A program made the position numbers and the translations under genes. Shown here piece after piece: positions 10,388 to 20,373 of a stretch of 64,000 nucleotides of DNA. Within the stretch, counting starts at the first letter, position 1. Each line of letters begins with the position of its first letter. This stretch comes from an uncultured virus (IMG/VR IMGVR_UViG_3300010885_010158) (taxonomy: Duplodnaviria > Heunggongvirae > Uroviricota > Caudoviricetes): IMG/VR virus record IMGVR_UViG_3300010885_010158, one strand, 5' to 3'. Under the pieces are notes generated by a model that saw nothing but the letters and a program-made list of their open reading frames with translations, was not told the DNA's origin and did not search any database.

Positions 10388-10837
10388 ATGCTGACACTTG
10401 AACAAATATTAGATAATTGGAAAGTCGATTGCCAGATCGATGATATTGAATTGGATAAGTCTTCTAAAGATACTCCTAAATTACATGCGAAATATGTAGA
10501 ACTTCTTTCACTAGCTAAACTTCAAAAACATCGTAAAGAAATGGAGTTTAAAAAACTGTTGAAAGATAAATTCATGTGGTATAATGGCAAAATGGATAAA
10601 GCTACAATGGATGACAAAGGTTGGGATTATGATCCATTCGATGGACTAAGTAAACCCATGAAAAGCGATATGGATTATTTTTATGAAAGCGATGATCAAG
10701 TTCAAACACTTCAATTACAAATTGAATACTGGAAAACAGTAGTAGATACATTATCTGATATAGTTTCTAATATTACATGGCGTCATCAGACGATCGGTAA
10801 TATGATTAAGTGGAGACAGTTTACATCCGGTGTATAA
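10388..10837 (+). CDS. uvsY: Recombination mediator
   Basis: Size, PKLHAKY and NMIKWRQFTSG motifs, position before uvsW. Confidence 0.9.
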   Translation: MLTLEQILDNWKVDCQIDDIELDKSSKDTPKLHAKYVELLSLAKLQKHRKEMEFKKLLKDKFMWYNGKMDKATMDDKGWDYDPFDGLSKPMKSDMDYFYESDDQVQTLQLQIEYWKTVVDTLSDIVSNITWRHQTIGNMIKWRQFTSGV

Positions 10838-12315
10838 TGGATAAGATAGTAATTAGCAAAATTAATGATGTGCACTTGAAGGTTGAGTGCGATGGTGGTG
10901 TTAAACAAGAATTAGCAGACTATTTTACATTCTATGTTCCTGGCTATAAATTCATGCCAGCGTTTAAGAATAAAATATGGGATGGAAAGATTAGACTATA
11001 TGATCTACGATCTAAAACTCTGTATGTAGGTCTATTAAATTATATTATTAAATTTGCTGAAGAACGTGGATATGAAGTCGAAGTTAACGTTCCAAATCAA
11101 ATAACTAAAGTCAACGAAGAAGATTTACAAACTTTCGTCAATAAATTTCTAAAGCTTCCATTTGAACCGCGCGATTATCAATATCAAGCCGCTGTTTATG
11201 GATTAAGAAACAAACGTGCACTACTCGTATCACCTACCGCATCTGGTAAATCTTTAATAATTTATATTATCATACGCTTTTATTTAAGTGTATTAAAGCA
11301 ACAACGGTTATTACTAATCGTTCCAACTACTAGTTTAGTTGAACAGATGAGATCTGACTTTTTGACGTATGCACAAAATGATGATTCATTTGACGAATCT
11401 ATGATCCATACAATTTATAGCGGAAAAGAAAAAGATACATCTGCTCAGATTGTTATTACTACATGGCAATCTGTATATAAGTTACCTAAAGAATGGTTTG
11501 AATCTTTTAGAATGGTTATCGGCGACGAAGCCCATACATTCCAAGCAAAATCATTATCATCTATTATGGAGAAATTAATAGATTGCCCATATCGTTTTGG
11601 TTTAACTGGAACTTTAGACGGTACATTAACCCATAAATTAGTTTTAGAAGGTTTATTTGGTACTGTATATCAAGTAACTACTACTAAAGCTTTGATGGAT
11701 GCAGATCAACTTGCAAAATTAGACATTAAGTGTTTAGTGATGAAATATTCTGACGAAGAATGCAAGTTAATTAAAGATAAAACTTATGCAGAGGAAATCG
11801 ATTTTATCATTGCTCATCAAAAGAGAAATAACTTTATCAAAAACTTAACGCTAGATCAAGAAGGTAATACACTAGTATTGTTTAATCGTGTTGATAAACA
11901 TGGCAAACCTTTATTTAAATTGATTAGAGATAATGCCGTAGAAAGTAGAAAAGTATTTTACGTATCTGGAGAAACTGATGTCGCTGATAGAGAAACAGTT
12001 CGTGCTATAACAGAGAAAGAAAAAAATGCTATTATCGTAGCATCATTAGGAACGTTCTCAACAGGCATCAATATTAAGAATTTGCATAATATTATATTTG
12101 CATCTCCTTCTAAATCACAGATTAAAGTATTGCAATCAATTGGCCGAGGTTTAAGAAAAGCTGATGATGGCAGAGATACAACTTTATATGATATATCCGA
12201 TGACTTACATTGGAAGACTAAAAAGAATTTTACGCTTATCCATGCTGGAATTCGGATTCAAATATATAGTAAAGAACAGTTCAATTATAAGATCCACGAG
12301 GTCAAACTAACATGA
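10837..12315 (+). CDS. uvsW: SF2 DNA/RNA-DNA helicase
   Basis: PRDYQ, SPTASGKS, GDEAH, QSIGRGLRK; ATG 10837 overlaps uvsY stop. Confidence 0.95.
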   Translation: MDKIVISKINDVHLKVECDGGVKQELADYFTFYVPGYKFMPAFKNKIWDGKIRLYDLRSKTLYVGLLNYIIKFAEERGYEVEVNVPNQITKVNEEDLQTFVNKFLKLPFEPRDYQYQAAVYGLRNKRALLVSPTASGKSLIIYIIIRFYLSVLKQQRLLLIVPTTSLVEQMRSDFLTYAQNDDSFDESMIHTIYSGKEKDTSAQIVITTWQSVYKLPKEWFESFRMVIGDEAHTFQAKSLSSIMEKLIDCPYRFGLTGTLDGTLTHKLVLEGLFGTVYQVTTTKALMDADQLAKLDIKCLVMKYSDEECKLIKDKTYAEEIDFIIAHQKRNNFIKNLTLDQEGNTLVLFNRVDKHGKPLFKLIRDNAVESRKVFYVSGETDVADRETVRAITEKEKNAIIVASLGTFSTGINIKNLHNIIFASPSKSQIKVLQSIGRGLRKADDGRDTTLYDISDDLHWKTKKNFTLIHAGIRIQIYSKEQFNYKIHEVKLT

Positions 12316-12716
12316 TTAGTAGAGATATAAGACAGCTTAAACTAATGAATGGCGAAGAAATCCTAACTGAAGTTATTGGTGAGGATCGCGAAGAAGTGTT
12401 GATTAGAGCACCATTAAAGGTTTATAGAGAGCGTATAGAAATGGGAACGGTTGCTAGAGAAGCAAATTTGTTTACGCCTTGGATGGGATTTTGTGATGAA
12501 GAAGAACACATCATTGCTAAGTCTAACATAGTCGCTATGGGTCTTGTCAACGATGCTGTTGCAATGTATTATACTAAGATGATGATTAATGTAGAGCATG
12601 ATTCAATGACTCCTATCTTAGATGCATCTCAAGCTAAAATACCTGAAGTAGCTCATAGCAGAACAGCTTTCCAGATCTTAGAAGAGGATGATGATACACC
12701 GCCAACGTATCACTAA
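12312..12716 (+). CDS. Conserved hypothetical protein (Sm-like fold possible)
   Basis: QLKLMNGEEIL start typical of the uvsW-gp55 intervening gene. Confidence 0.75.
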   Translation: MISRDIRQLKLMNGEEILTEVIGEDREEVLIRAPLKVYRERIEMGTVAREANLFTPWMGFCDEEEHIIAKSNIVAMGLVNDAVAMYYTKMMINVEHDSMTPILDASQAKIPEVAHSRTAFQILEEDDDTPPTYH

Positions 12717-12748
12717 TCCTTATACTGCTGGCCCCTGGGGGTAGATAT

Positions 12749-12777
12749 ATTATACACTGTAAATAGTCTGTTGTACA
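12749..12777 (-). promoter_or_regulatory. Antisense copy of phage promoter
   Basis: Minus strand reads GGGGGCCTA-TGTACA-N17-TATAAT. Confidence 0.75.
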
Positions 12778-12808
12778 TAGGCCCCCTGAAAATATATTTT
12801 TAAATAGA

Positions 12809-12837
12809 TGTACATTTTGTTATTTTTATGGTATAAT
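12809..12837 (+). promoter_or_regulatory. Phage promoter for gp55
   Basis: TGTACA-N17-TATAAT with TGG extension. Confidence 0.85.
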
Positions 12838-12866
12838 ACCAGCATGTGTCCCATTAATTGGAGTGA

Positions 12867-13490
12867 ATGAAGATGTCTGAAATAAAGACCCGTCCGCATT
12901 ATGTGGATAATAAAAAATTCGGCCTAGCGTTAGTCGACTATGCAACAGCAGTCAACGAAGCAAAAGCCAACGGAACTACAATTCCTGTAGTACCTAATTA
13001 CATAGCTGAATGTTTTTTAAAAATTTCAGAAGGTTTATCTCACAAGGTAAACTTTATTAGATACACGTATCGTGAAGAGATGGTGATGGATGCAGTAGAG
13101 AATTGTTTACGAGCGATTACCAACTATAATCCAAACGCCGTAACTAGAACTGGTACACAAAACGCCTTCTCATATTTTACTCAAATTTGCTTTTTTGCAT
13201 TCTTAAGACGTATTGAAAAAGAGAAAAAACAACAAGACATCAAATTTAAGTTTATTGAACAAGCTGGTATCGAAGATTTCATCGCTCAAGTTGAAGGAGA
13301 TGATACACACGGCGAGCAAGCATTCATTGACTCTTTAAGAGAACGTATTGGTCGAATCAAAGAAAAAGACTCACAAATTAAAGAGTATGCAAAAAAAGAA
13401 AAGAAAAACAAATCATTAGAACTATTCATGACTGATTCAATGGTCGATGAATTAGAATCTTTTATTGCTGAAAACACTGAGGCTGTTTAA
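12867..13490 (+). CDS. gp55: Late transcription sigma factor
   Basis: HYVDNKKF, NYIAECFLKI, NAFSYFTQICFFAFLRRIEKEKKQ. Confidence 0.95.
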   Translation: MKMSEIKTRPHYVDNKKFGLALVDYATAVNEAKANGTTIPVVPNYIAECFLKISEGLSHKVNFIRYTYREEMVMDAVENCLRAITNYNPNAVTRTGTQNAFSYFTQICFFAFLRRIEKEKKQQDIKFKFIEQAGIEDFIAQVEGDDTHGEQAFIDSLRERIGRIKEKDSQIKEYAKKEKKNKSLELFMTDSMVDELESFIAENTEAV

Positions 13491-14552
13491 TTGAAGATCG
13501 CTATATTAAATGACACCCATTGTGGTGCTCGCAACTCATCTGATATTTTCATGGATTACCAAGAAAAATTCTACACAGATGTGTTTTTCCCATACCTACT
13601 AGAAAATAAAATTCACAAGATTATACATCTTGGAGATTATTACGAGCACCGAAAGTATGTTAACTTTAAAGCGCTCGAACATAATCGCCGCATTTTCTTA
13701 GATAGATTGCGAGAATACAATATTACTATGGATATTATTCCAGGTAATCATGACGTGTTTTATAAAAATACAAATGAACTATGTTCTCTCAAAGAACTTA
13801 TGGGTCATTATATGGATTGCATTAAGATCTATATGGATAATGTAGTAGTTGAATATGATGGTTTGAAAATAGCTTTGATTCCTTGGATCAATGCAGAAAA
13901 TTATGCTGATACTATGGAATTCATCAAGACATGTACAGCAAATATTGTGGGAGGTCACTTTGAATTCTCTGGTTTTGAAATGTATAAAGGTATTCCAAAT
14001 CCCCATGGAATGGAAACGAAAGAGTTTACTCGTTTTGAAATGGTGTTGTCTGGTCACTTTCACACTAAGTCTAGTAGGGATAATGTTCATTATCTTGGTT
14101 CCCAAATGGAGTTTACTTGGGGCGATTGTGATGATCCTAAATATTTTCATGTGCTTGATACTAATACGAGAGAAATAACACCTGTTCGCAATCCACACAC
14201 ACTTCATACAAAACTAGTGTACAACGACGAAAAAACAGATTATAATACTGTAGACGTATCTCATATGGATCATCAATTCGTTAAAGTCGTCGTAGAACGA
14301 AAACAAGATTTTTTTGGCTTTGATAGACTCATTGATCGGATCACACAACGGCCAATTCACGAGCTTAAGATTGCAGAATCTTTTACAGAATATTTAGGTG
14401 AGAATGTGGAAGACGAAGAGATCAAACTAGATGATACGCAAGTTTTATTAGATTCATATGTTGATGCTGTAGAGACTGAAGCTAATAAAGATAAATTAAA
14501 AACTCTATTGCGTGGTTTGTATGTTGAAGCGCAAACTACGGAAACGGTATAA
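13491..14552 (+). CDS. gp47: Recombination nuclease subunit (Mre11-like)
   Basis: DTHCG, HLGD, GNHD, SGHFH metallophosphoesterase motifs; TTG start. Confidence 0.95.
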   Translation: MKIAILNDTHCGARNSSDIFMDYQEKFYTDVFFPYLLENKIHKIIHLGDYYEHRKYVNFKALEHNRRIFLDRLREYNITMDIIPGNHDVFYKNTNELCSLKELMGHYMDCIKIYMDNVVVEYDGLKIALIPWINAENYADTMEFIKTCTANIVGGHFEFSGFEMYKGIPNPHGMETKEFTRFEMVLSGHFHTKSSRDNVHYLGSQMEFTWGDCDDPKYFHVLDTNTREITPVRNPHTLHTKLVYNDEKTDYNTVDVSHMDHQFVKVVVERKQDFFGFDRLIDRITQRPIHELKIAESFTEYLGENVEDEEIKLDDTQVLLDSYVDAVETEANKDKLKTLLRGLYVEAQTTETV

Positions 14553-16268
14553 ATGGCAGCAATTATTTTTAAGACAGTACGCTGGAAAAACTTCTTAAGT
14601 ACTGGTGATAAATTTACACAGATTCAATTAAATCGTAATGATAGTACTTTAATCATAGGTCAAAATGGTGCAGGGAAATCTACATTATTAGATGCTTTAT
14701 CATTCGGTTTATTTGGTAAACCATTTCGAAATATTTTAAAACCGCAATTAGTAAATTCAATTAATAATAAAGCGGCAGTTGTAGAAGTTGAATTCTCAGT
14801 TGGTGCCGCTGAATTTAAGATTGTGCGAGGCATCAAACCAAACACATTTGAGATATATCAAAATGATAATTTAATTAATCAAGAAGCAAACTCACGAGAC
14901 TATCAAGCATTTTTAGAGCAGAATGTATTAAAATTAAATCACAAATCATTCCATCAAGTAGTAGTAATTGGATCTGCATCATTCACTCCTTTTATGCAAT
15001 TACCTCCAGGTCAACGGAGAACAATCATAGAAGAATTGCTTGATATCCAAGTTTTTTCTAGAATGAATCAAATTCTAAAAGAAAAAATAGCAAGAACTAA
15101 GGAACAAATAAATGATGTCAACAATCAACTCGAAATTATATCGGAAAAAGTCAGACTTCAAAATAAGTACATTACTGATGTCGAATCACTTGCAAAGGAT
15201 CAAGTTCGAGATAAGCAGAAAGCCATCACGGACAATCAGACAGCAATCAAGAATTTACAATCCAAAAATGCTGAGCTATCCGAGAAACTTGCAGAACTGG
15301 TTACTAAACAAAAATCCCTCAAATCGATTGAGACCAAGAAAAATAAACTCTTATCATTTGGTGATAAGTTTAGCACTACCATTAAGAGCTTACAAGAAAA
15401 CAGAACTTTCTTTGTGGAATCAACTGCGTGCCCTACATGTTCTCAAGAAATATCTGCCGATACACGGCAAGAGCATGTGCATAAGTGCGATAGCAAGATC
15501 AGGGAAGTTGATAAGCATATTGAGGAACTAGAAGAAGAACTCATGCTTATTGAAGCCGAAGAAATGATTTTGTTGGAAGAAGTAGAATCATTTCAAAATG
15601 CTCAAATGGACATAGTAGGAAATAATGCATCTATCACAGCATTGCAAAATCAAATAGACAAATTCGAATCTGAGGTTGTAAAAATTGTTGGAACTGAAGG
15701 AGATGTTGGAGCTGCAATTGCAGATCTAAAAGCTTTGCAAATTGAAAAAGAATCTCTAGCAGAATTAAAGCTATCGCATATAGATGGCCAAAATTATAAT
15801 ATGATAGCAAGTGAAATGCTTAAAGATACTGGAATTAAGACTAAGATTGTTAGACAATACTTACCAGTTATCAATAAGCTTGTTAATCAATATCTACAGA
15901 TCTTAGACTTCTTTGTATTGTTTAATCTAGATGAATCTTTTAATGAGACTATCAAATCTCGATATCGCGATGAGTTTACATATGCTAGTTTCTCAGAGGG
16001 TGAGAAGCAACGTATTGACTTAAGTCTTTTATTTACTTGGCGACAAATCGCTAAAATGAAAAACTCAGCTAATACAAACCTATTGATTTTAGATGAAACA
16101 TTTGATTCATCATTAGACACAGATGGTATTGATAATCTTATGAAGATACTTGACTCTGTGCAAGATACTAATGTGTTTGTTATCTCCCACAAAGGAGATG
16201 TATTGGATTCTAAATTTAGAAATAAAATTGAATTTGTTAAAGAAAGAAATTTTTCAAGGATTAAATAA
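14553..16268 (+). CDS. gp46: Recombination ATPase subunit (Rad50-like)
   Basis: GQNGAGKS Walker A, CPTC zinc hook, FSEGEK signature, LDETFD. Confidence 0.96.
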   Translation: MAAIIFKTVRWKNFLSTGDKFTQIQLNRNDSTLIIGQNGAGKSTLLDALSFGLFGKPFRNILKPQLVNSINNKAAVVEVEFSVGAAEFKIVRGIKPNTFEIYQNDNLINQEANSRDYQAFLEQNVLKLNHKSFHQVVVIGSASFTPFMQLPPGQRRTIIEELLDIQVFSRMNQILKEKIARTKEQINDVNNQLEIISEKVRLQNKYITDVESLAKDQVRDKQKAITDNQTAIKNLQSKNAELSEKLAELVTKQKSLKSIETKKNKLLSFGDKFSTTIKSLQENRTFFVESTACPTCSQEISADTRQEHVHKCDSKIREVDKHIEELEEELMLIEAEEMILLEEVESFQNAQMDIVGNNASITALQNQIDKFESEVVKIVGTEGDVGAAIADLKALQIEKESLAELKLSHIDGQNYNMIASEMLKDTGIKTKIVRQYLPVINKLVNQYLQILDFFVLFNLDESFNETIKSRYRDEFTYASFSEGEKQRIDLSLLFTWRQIAKMKNSANTNLLILDETFDSSLDTDGIDNLMKILDSVQDTNVFVISHKGDVLDSKFRNKIEFVKERNFSRIK

Positions 16269-16750
16269 TGGAATTAATTTATAAGCTTATACCGTATGAT
16301 GATCCGCTTTTAACTAAGCGACTAGAATATAGTGAAATAGAAGATATGCCAAAATTTGCTGGTATGATGGTCAATGCATGTAAGTTTTTTAAAGGCATTG
16401 GACTTTCAGCTAATCAAGTTGGTATTGACAATAGGATTTTTTGTATTACGTTCAATGATTTTTCAGAAACTTTCTTTGATCCAAAAATTGTTGAATATTC
16501 TACAGAAGAAACTTTATTTGATGAAGGATGTCTATCTCAACCTGGAGTTTTCATTAATTTAAAACGACCTAAGACGATTAAGATAGAATACACAACTCAA
16601 GAAGGCAAACGTGTTACCACTGAATTTAGCGGCATTACAGCGCGCATAATTCAGCATGAATATGACCACATGGAAGGTACCAATTTCTTAGAACGCGCAT
16701 CTCCACTCAAACGAGCTTTGGCTTTAAAACATGCTAAACGAAAAAAATAG
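16268..16750 (+). CDS. def: Peptide deformylase
   Basis: GIGLSANQVG, EGCLS, HEYDH motifs. Confidence 0.93.
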   Translation: MELIYKLIPYDDPLLTKRLEYSEIEDMPKFAGMMVNACKFFKGIGLSANQVGIDNRIFCITFNDFSETFFDPKIVEYSTEETLFDEGCLSQPGVFINLKRPKTIKIEYTTQEGKRVTTEFSGITARIIQHEYDHMEGTNFLERASPLKRALALKHAKRKK

Positions 16751-16761
16751 CTATTAGGCTA

Positions 16762-16790
16762 TGTACTGCAGGATATTAATATGGTATAAT
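16762..16790 (+). promoter_or_regulatory. Phage promoter
   Basis: TGTACT-N17-TATAAT. Confidence 0.85.
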
Positions 16791-16832
16791 ATACCTATAT
16801 TAAGTAATAAATAACATGTAAAAGGTGTCCAA

Positions 16833-19061
16833 ATGCCAGTAGAAAATATAGCAATAAATTTTAATCAGCAGTCTACTCTAGCTAAACTTCTAGCTAAAGA
16901 AAATATCAATGTTATTCACGGATCTTATAAGACCGCATGGTTTGATCCGCAACGAAGAGTTTTAGCTTTACCAGTTTGGAAAAATAAAGGTAAAGCTGTC
17001 TACGATCTACTTACAGGTCACGAAGTTGGTCATGCGCTTTATACACCAGCACTTGGTTGGCATGATGCCGTTGATGACGTCGAAGGTGCACCAAAAGCAT
17101 ATCTCAACGTATTAGAAGATGTGCGCATTGAACGCAAAGTTCAAGACAAATATCCTGGTCTCCGTTCGCAATTCCAAAAAGCATATAAACAATTATCAGC
17201 AGAAGATTTCTTTGGAATAGAATCTGTTGATGTTGACAGCATTCGCGTGATCGATAAAATCAATCTTAAATCTAAGCTTGGCCCAAATATAGAAGTTCAG
17301 TTCGATAACATTGAGCGTGGATTTTATAATGCATCTTTTAAAACAGAAACATTTGAGGAAGTAGTTAAACTCGCAAAAGACATTTATGCATACCAAAAAG
17401 CTTTAGAAGAAACTGCTCCAAGAGAAACACAACAACCTATAATTAATCAATCTCTTGATGATCTTCTTGAAGATGACGGTAGTACTAGCGAAGATGATTA
17501 TCAAAAACCCGATCAAAGCGAAGAATCAGGAGAATCTGAAGAAACTAAAGATGAGACATTAAAAGGTCAAACTGGTAAAGGTCATGACGGAAAAAATGAA
17601 GGTTTAGACGAAGAAGATGTTACAAAAGGTCCATCTGATAAACCTACTCAAGATGAGCAAGAAGCTTCTGCTGAATCTTTAACAGACAAAGCTTTTCGTG
17701 ATCGTGAAAAAGAATTAGTAGTTACAGACCTTCAAGAAAACGTATTCACAATCAATAAAGTTCGTCAATCAAATATAGTTATTGATTATAAAGACTATTT
17801 TGCAGAATGGGAAAAGCATCTTCGCTTTGAAGATCCAGATAAAGATTATTTGGTAGAACGTCTTGCTGAGCAAAAAGAACTATTAAAAGATAAGTATCGC
17901 AAATTTAAAACTGAGACTGAGATGGCTGCAGCATATATGGCCAAAGAATTTGAACTTCGTAAAGCTGCATTTCAATATTCTAGATCTAAACTAGAAAAAA
18001 CTGGTATCATCAATACCAATAAGTTGCACGCTTACAAATATTCAGAAGACATATTCTTAAAATCCACAAAGCTTGCAAACTATAAGAATCATGGTATGAT
18101 GATGTTCATCGACTTCAGTGGTTCTATGCAAGATAATTTAGGTGCTACTATTCGGCAACTATTGAACTTAACTTTATTCTGTCGCATGGTTCAAATACCA
18201 TATGAGGTGTATGCATTTACAACTCGTGTACGCGATGATCAAGATGATCGTAGTCAAAAATGGGAAGAATTCTCAGATAACGAGATCATTCCAGAAAAAT
18301 TTAATTTGCTTAATTTAATGTCTTCACGCATGACTCGTGCAGAATATAATAAAGCGCAAGAAATGTTGTGGACACTATCTCAAGCTTGGGACGGTGGTAT
18401 TTCACAATGGTATATTAATTCTTGGAATCAATTGCATAGTACGCCGTTAAATACATGCATTGTTGTTGCTAATGAAATGATTAAAAAATTCAAACTTCAA
18501 CACAACATTGAAAATATGACAGCTATGTTTTTATCAGATGGAGAATCTGATAATTTCCAAGTTCGCATGACAGAGGAAGGTGAGAAACATAGAACACAAG
18601 CAGCTGGATATTATTATCGCTCTAGAAAATGTTACATTAGAATTGATGGCAAGACGCTAGAATTGGAATCAGCTGTAGGTAGTGCTATGACTGAAGGCTT
18701 ATTAAAGTTCTTAAAACAATCTACCAATAGTAATGTGCTAGGTTTCTTTATCTCGCAATATCGTAACCAAGCAATCAACAAAGTATTACATGAAGTTGGA
18801 TCTGCAAACTATATTAAGAATAAAGAAAAATATACTTCGCAGATGAGTAAGAATCGCGCTATCATTGAAGACAAGATTTTTGGCTATGATCGTTATTTTG
18901 GTCTATGTACAAAATATATGGACATTGTTGAAGATGAGTTTGGAGAGCTTGTGGAAGACGGAGCAAGCAAAGGCAAGATTAAGACAGCATTTGCAAAGAT
19001 GACAAAGGCTAAGCGAGTTAATCGTGTATTATTGAATGCTTTCGTAGACTCTATTGCATAG
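16833..19061 (+). CDS. CobT-like protein: HExxH metallopeptidase-like N-domain, acidic linker, VWA domain
   Basis: HEVGH and NVLEDVRIE; DFSGSM MIDAS and LSDGE; partner of adjacent AAA ATPase. Confidence 0.8.
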   Translation: MPVENIAINFNQQSTLAKLLAKENINVIHGSYKTAWFDPQRRVLALPVWKNKGKAVYDLLTGHEVGHALYTPALGWHDAVDDVEGAPKAYLNVLEDVRIERKVQDKYPGLRSQFQKAYKQLSAEDFFGIESVDVDSIRVIDKINLKSKLGPNIEVQFDNIERGFYNASFKTETFEEVVKLAKDIYAYQKALEETAPRETQQPIINQSLDDLLEDDGSTSEDDYQKPDQSEESGESEETKDETLKGQTGKGHDGKNEGLDEEDVTKGPSDKPTQDEQEASAESLTDKAFRDREKELVVTDLQENVFTINKVRQSNIVIDYKDYFAEWEKHLRFEDPDKDYLVERLAEQKELLKDKYRKFKTETEMAAAYMAKEFELRKAAFQYSRSKLEKTGIINTNKLHAYKYSEDIFLKSTKLANYKNHGMMMFIDFSGSMQDNLGATIRQLLNLTLFCRMVQIPYEVYAFTTRVRDDQDDRSQKWEEFSDNEIIPEKFNLLNLMSSRMTRAEYNKAQEMLWTLSQAWDGGISQWYINSWNQLHSTPLNTCIVVANEMIKKFKLQHNIENMTAMFLSDGESDNFQVRMTEEGEKHRTQAAGYYYRSRKCYIRIDGKTLELESAVGSAMTEGLLKFLKQSTNSNVLGFFISQYRNQAINKVLHEVGSANYIKNKEKYTSQMSKNRAIIEDKIFGYDRYFGLCTKYMDIVEDEFGELVEDGASKGKIKTAFAKMTKAKRVNRVLLNAFVDSIA

Positions 19062-19067
19062 GGCCTA

Positions 19068-19096
19068 TGTACTGCAGGATATTTTTATGGTATAAT
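19068..19096 (+). promoter_or_regulatory. Phage promoter (near-duplicate of 16762)
   Basis: TGTACT-N17-TATAAT. Confidence 0.85.
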
Positions 19097-19145
19097 ATAT
19101 CTATATTATGTAATTTTATTATGTTAAAAGTGAAAGGTGTCCAGT

Positions 19146-20294
19146 ATGAAATCAGAAATTAAACAAGCATTCGTTAAAACTTTAGGCGACAAGTTTCCAG
19201 GTCGTTCAGTGTTTGATGTACAAGAATTAGTAGACCACGCCCGTGATATGGGATTAAGTTATCCTAATTTTATCACAAAGCCAGAAAATCGAGTAGGTCG
19301 CGGTCGTTATCAAGTAGAAATGTTGGCAGCAGTATTGCCTATTAAAAAACTTGAAGCGCAAGTTGCAGATCAACCAACAGAAAAAATTACACAGAAGGTA
19401 TTCCAACAAGTGCAAATCGAAGTGCCAGAAAAAGATTCATCATATGTTACATGGGGATTTTTTCGCGACGTAAAACTAGTCGTTGAATCTAATGCATTCT
19501 ATCCTCTATTCATTTCAGGTCTGTCAGGTAATGGTAAGACTATGATGGTTGAACAAGCATGTGCTCAATCTAAACGCAAGTATGTGCGTGTAAACATTAC
19601 AGAAGAAACTGACGAAGACGATCTAATCGGTGGTTTCCGTCTAGTTAACGGTGAGACTGTATGGTGCGATGGTCCTGTACCACAAGCCATGAAACAAGGC
19701 GCGATCTGTTTGATTGACGAGATCGATCGCGGATCTAACAAACTCATGTGTTTGCAAGCCATCTTAGAAGGCAAACCACTATACATCAAGAAAACTGGCG
19801 TAGTAATTAAACCTGCAGACGGTTTTAATGTCATCGCAACGGCTAATACTAAAGGTCGTGGTTCTGAAGACGGCCGTTTTACAGGTGCTCGTATTCTCGA
19901 TGAAGCTTTCCTTGAAAGATTTGTTGCAACCCTTGAGCAGCCATATCCTTCTATTGCAGTAGAAAAGAAAATTATCTTAAATGCAATGGAAACTTATGGC
20001 AAACTTGATGGAGAATTTGCAGATAATCTAACTACATGGGCAGATATTATTCGTCAAACATATAAAGACGGTGGTGTAGATGATCTTATCTCTACTCGTC
20101 GTTTAGTGCATATTGCACGTAGTTATGGTATTTTTGCAGATCGAGCTAAAGCAATTGAATTGTGTATCTCTCGCTTTGATGAAGACACTAAAGTAGCTTT
20201 CTTAGATTTGTATACTAAAGTAGATTCTAAAGCAATAGTAGCACCGATTGCAGGAGAAACAGTTGTTGAAGATGTTCAACCTCAACAACAATAA
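19146..20294 (+). CDS. CobS/MoxR-family AAA+ ATPase
   Basis: GLSGNGKT Walker A, LIDEID Walker B, ATANTKG sensor, EAFLERF. Confidence 0.9.
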   Translation: MKSEIKQAFVKTLGDKFPGRSVFDVQELVDHARDMGLSYPNFITKPENRVGRGRYQVEMLAAVLPIKKLEAQVADQPTEKITQKVFQQVQIEVPEKDSSYVTWGFFRDVKLVVESNAFYPLFISGLSGNGKTMMVEQACAQSKRKYVRVNITEETDEDDLIGGFRLVNGETVWCDGPVPQAMKQGAICLIDEIDRGSNKLMCLQAILEGKPLYIKKTGVVIKPADGFNVIATANTKGRGSEDGRFTGARILDEAFLERFVATLEQPYPSIAVEKKIILNAMETYGKLDGEFADNLTTWADIIRQTYKDGGVDDLISTRRLVHIARSYGIFADRAKAIELCISRFDEDTKVAFLDLYTKVDSKAIVAPIAGETVVEDVQPQQQ

Positions 20295-20297
20295 GAA

Positions 20298-20353
20298 CAC
20301 CTTCGGAAAGGATTTCACACTCCCTTTCCGGTCAATAGGTGAATTTGAGTGTG
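20298..20353 (+). promoter_or_regulatory. Putative pseudoknotted leader RNA
   Basis: CGGAAAGG/CCTTTCCG stem; loop CACACTC complementary to downstream GAGTGTG. Confidence 0.55.
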
Positions 20354-20373
20354 TGTTATTATGGAGCTTTAAA

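Noticed and set aside
16833..20294. Cobalamin biosynthesis auxiliary genes
   Set aside because: No cobN or other cob genes; generic MoxR/VWA architecture
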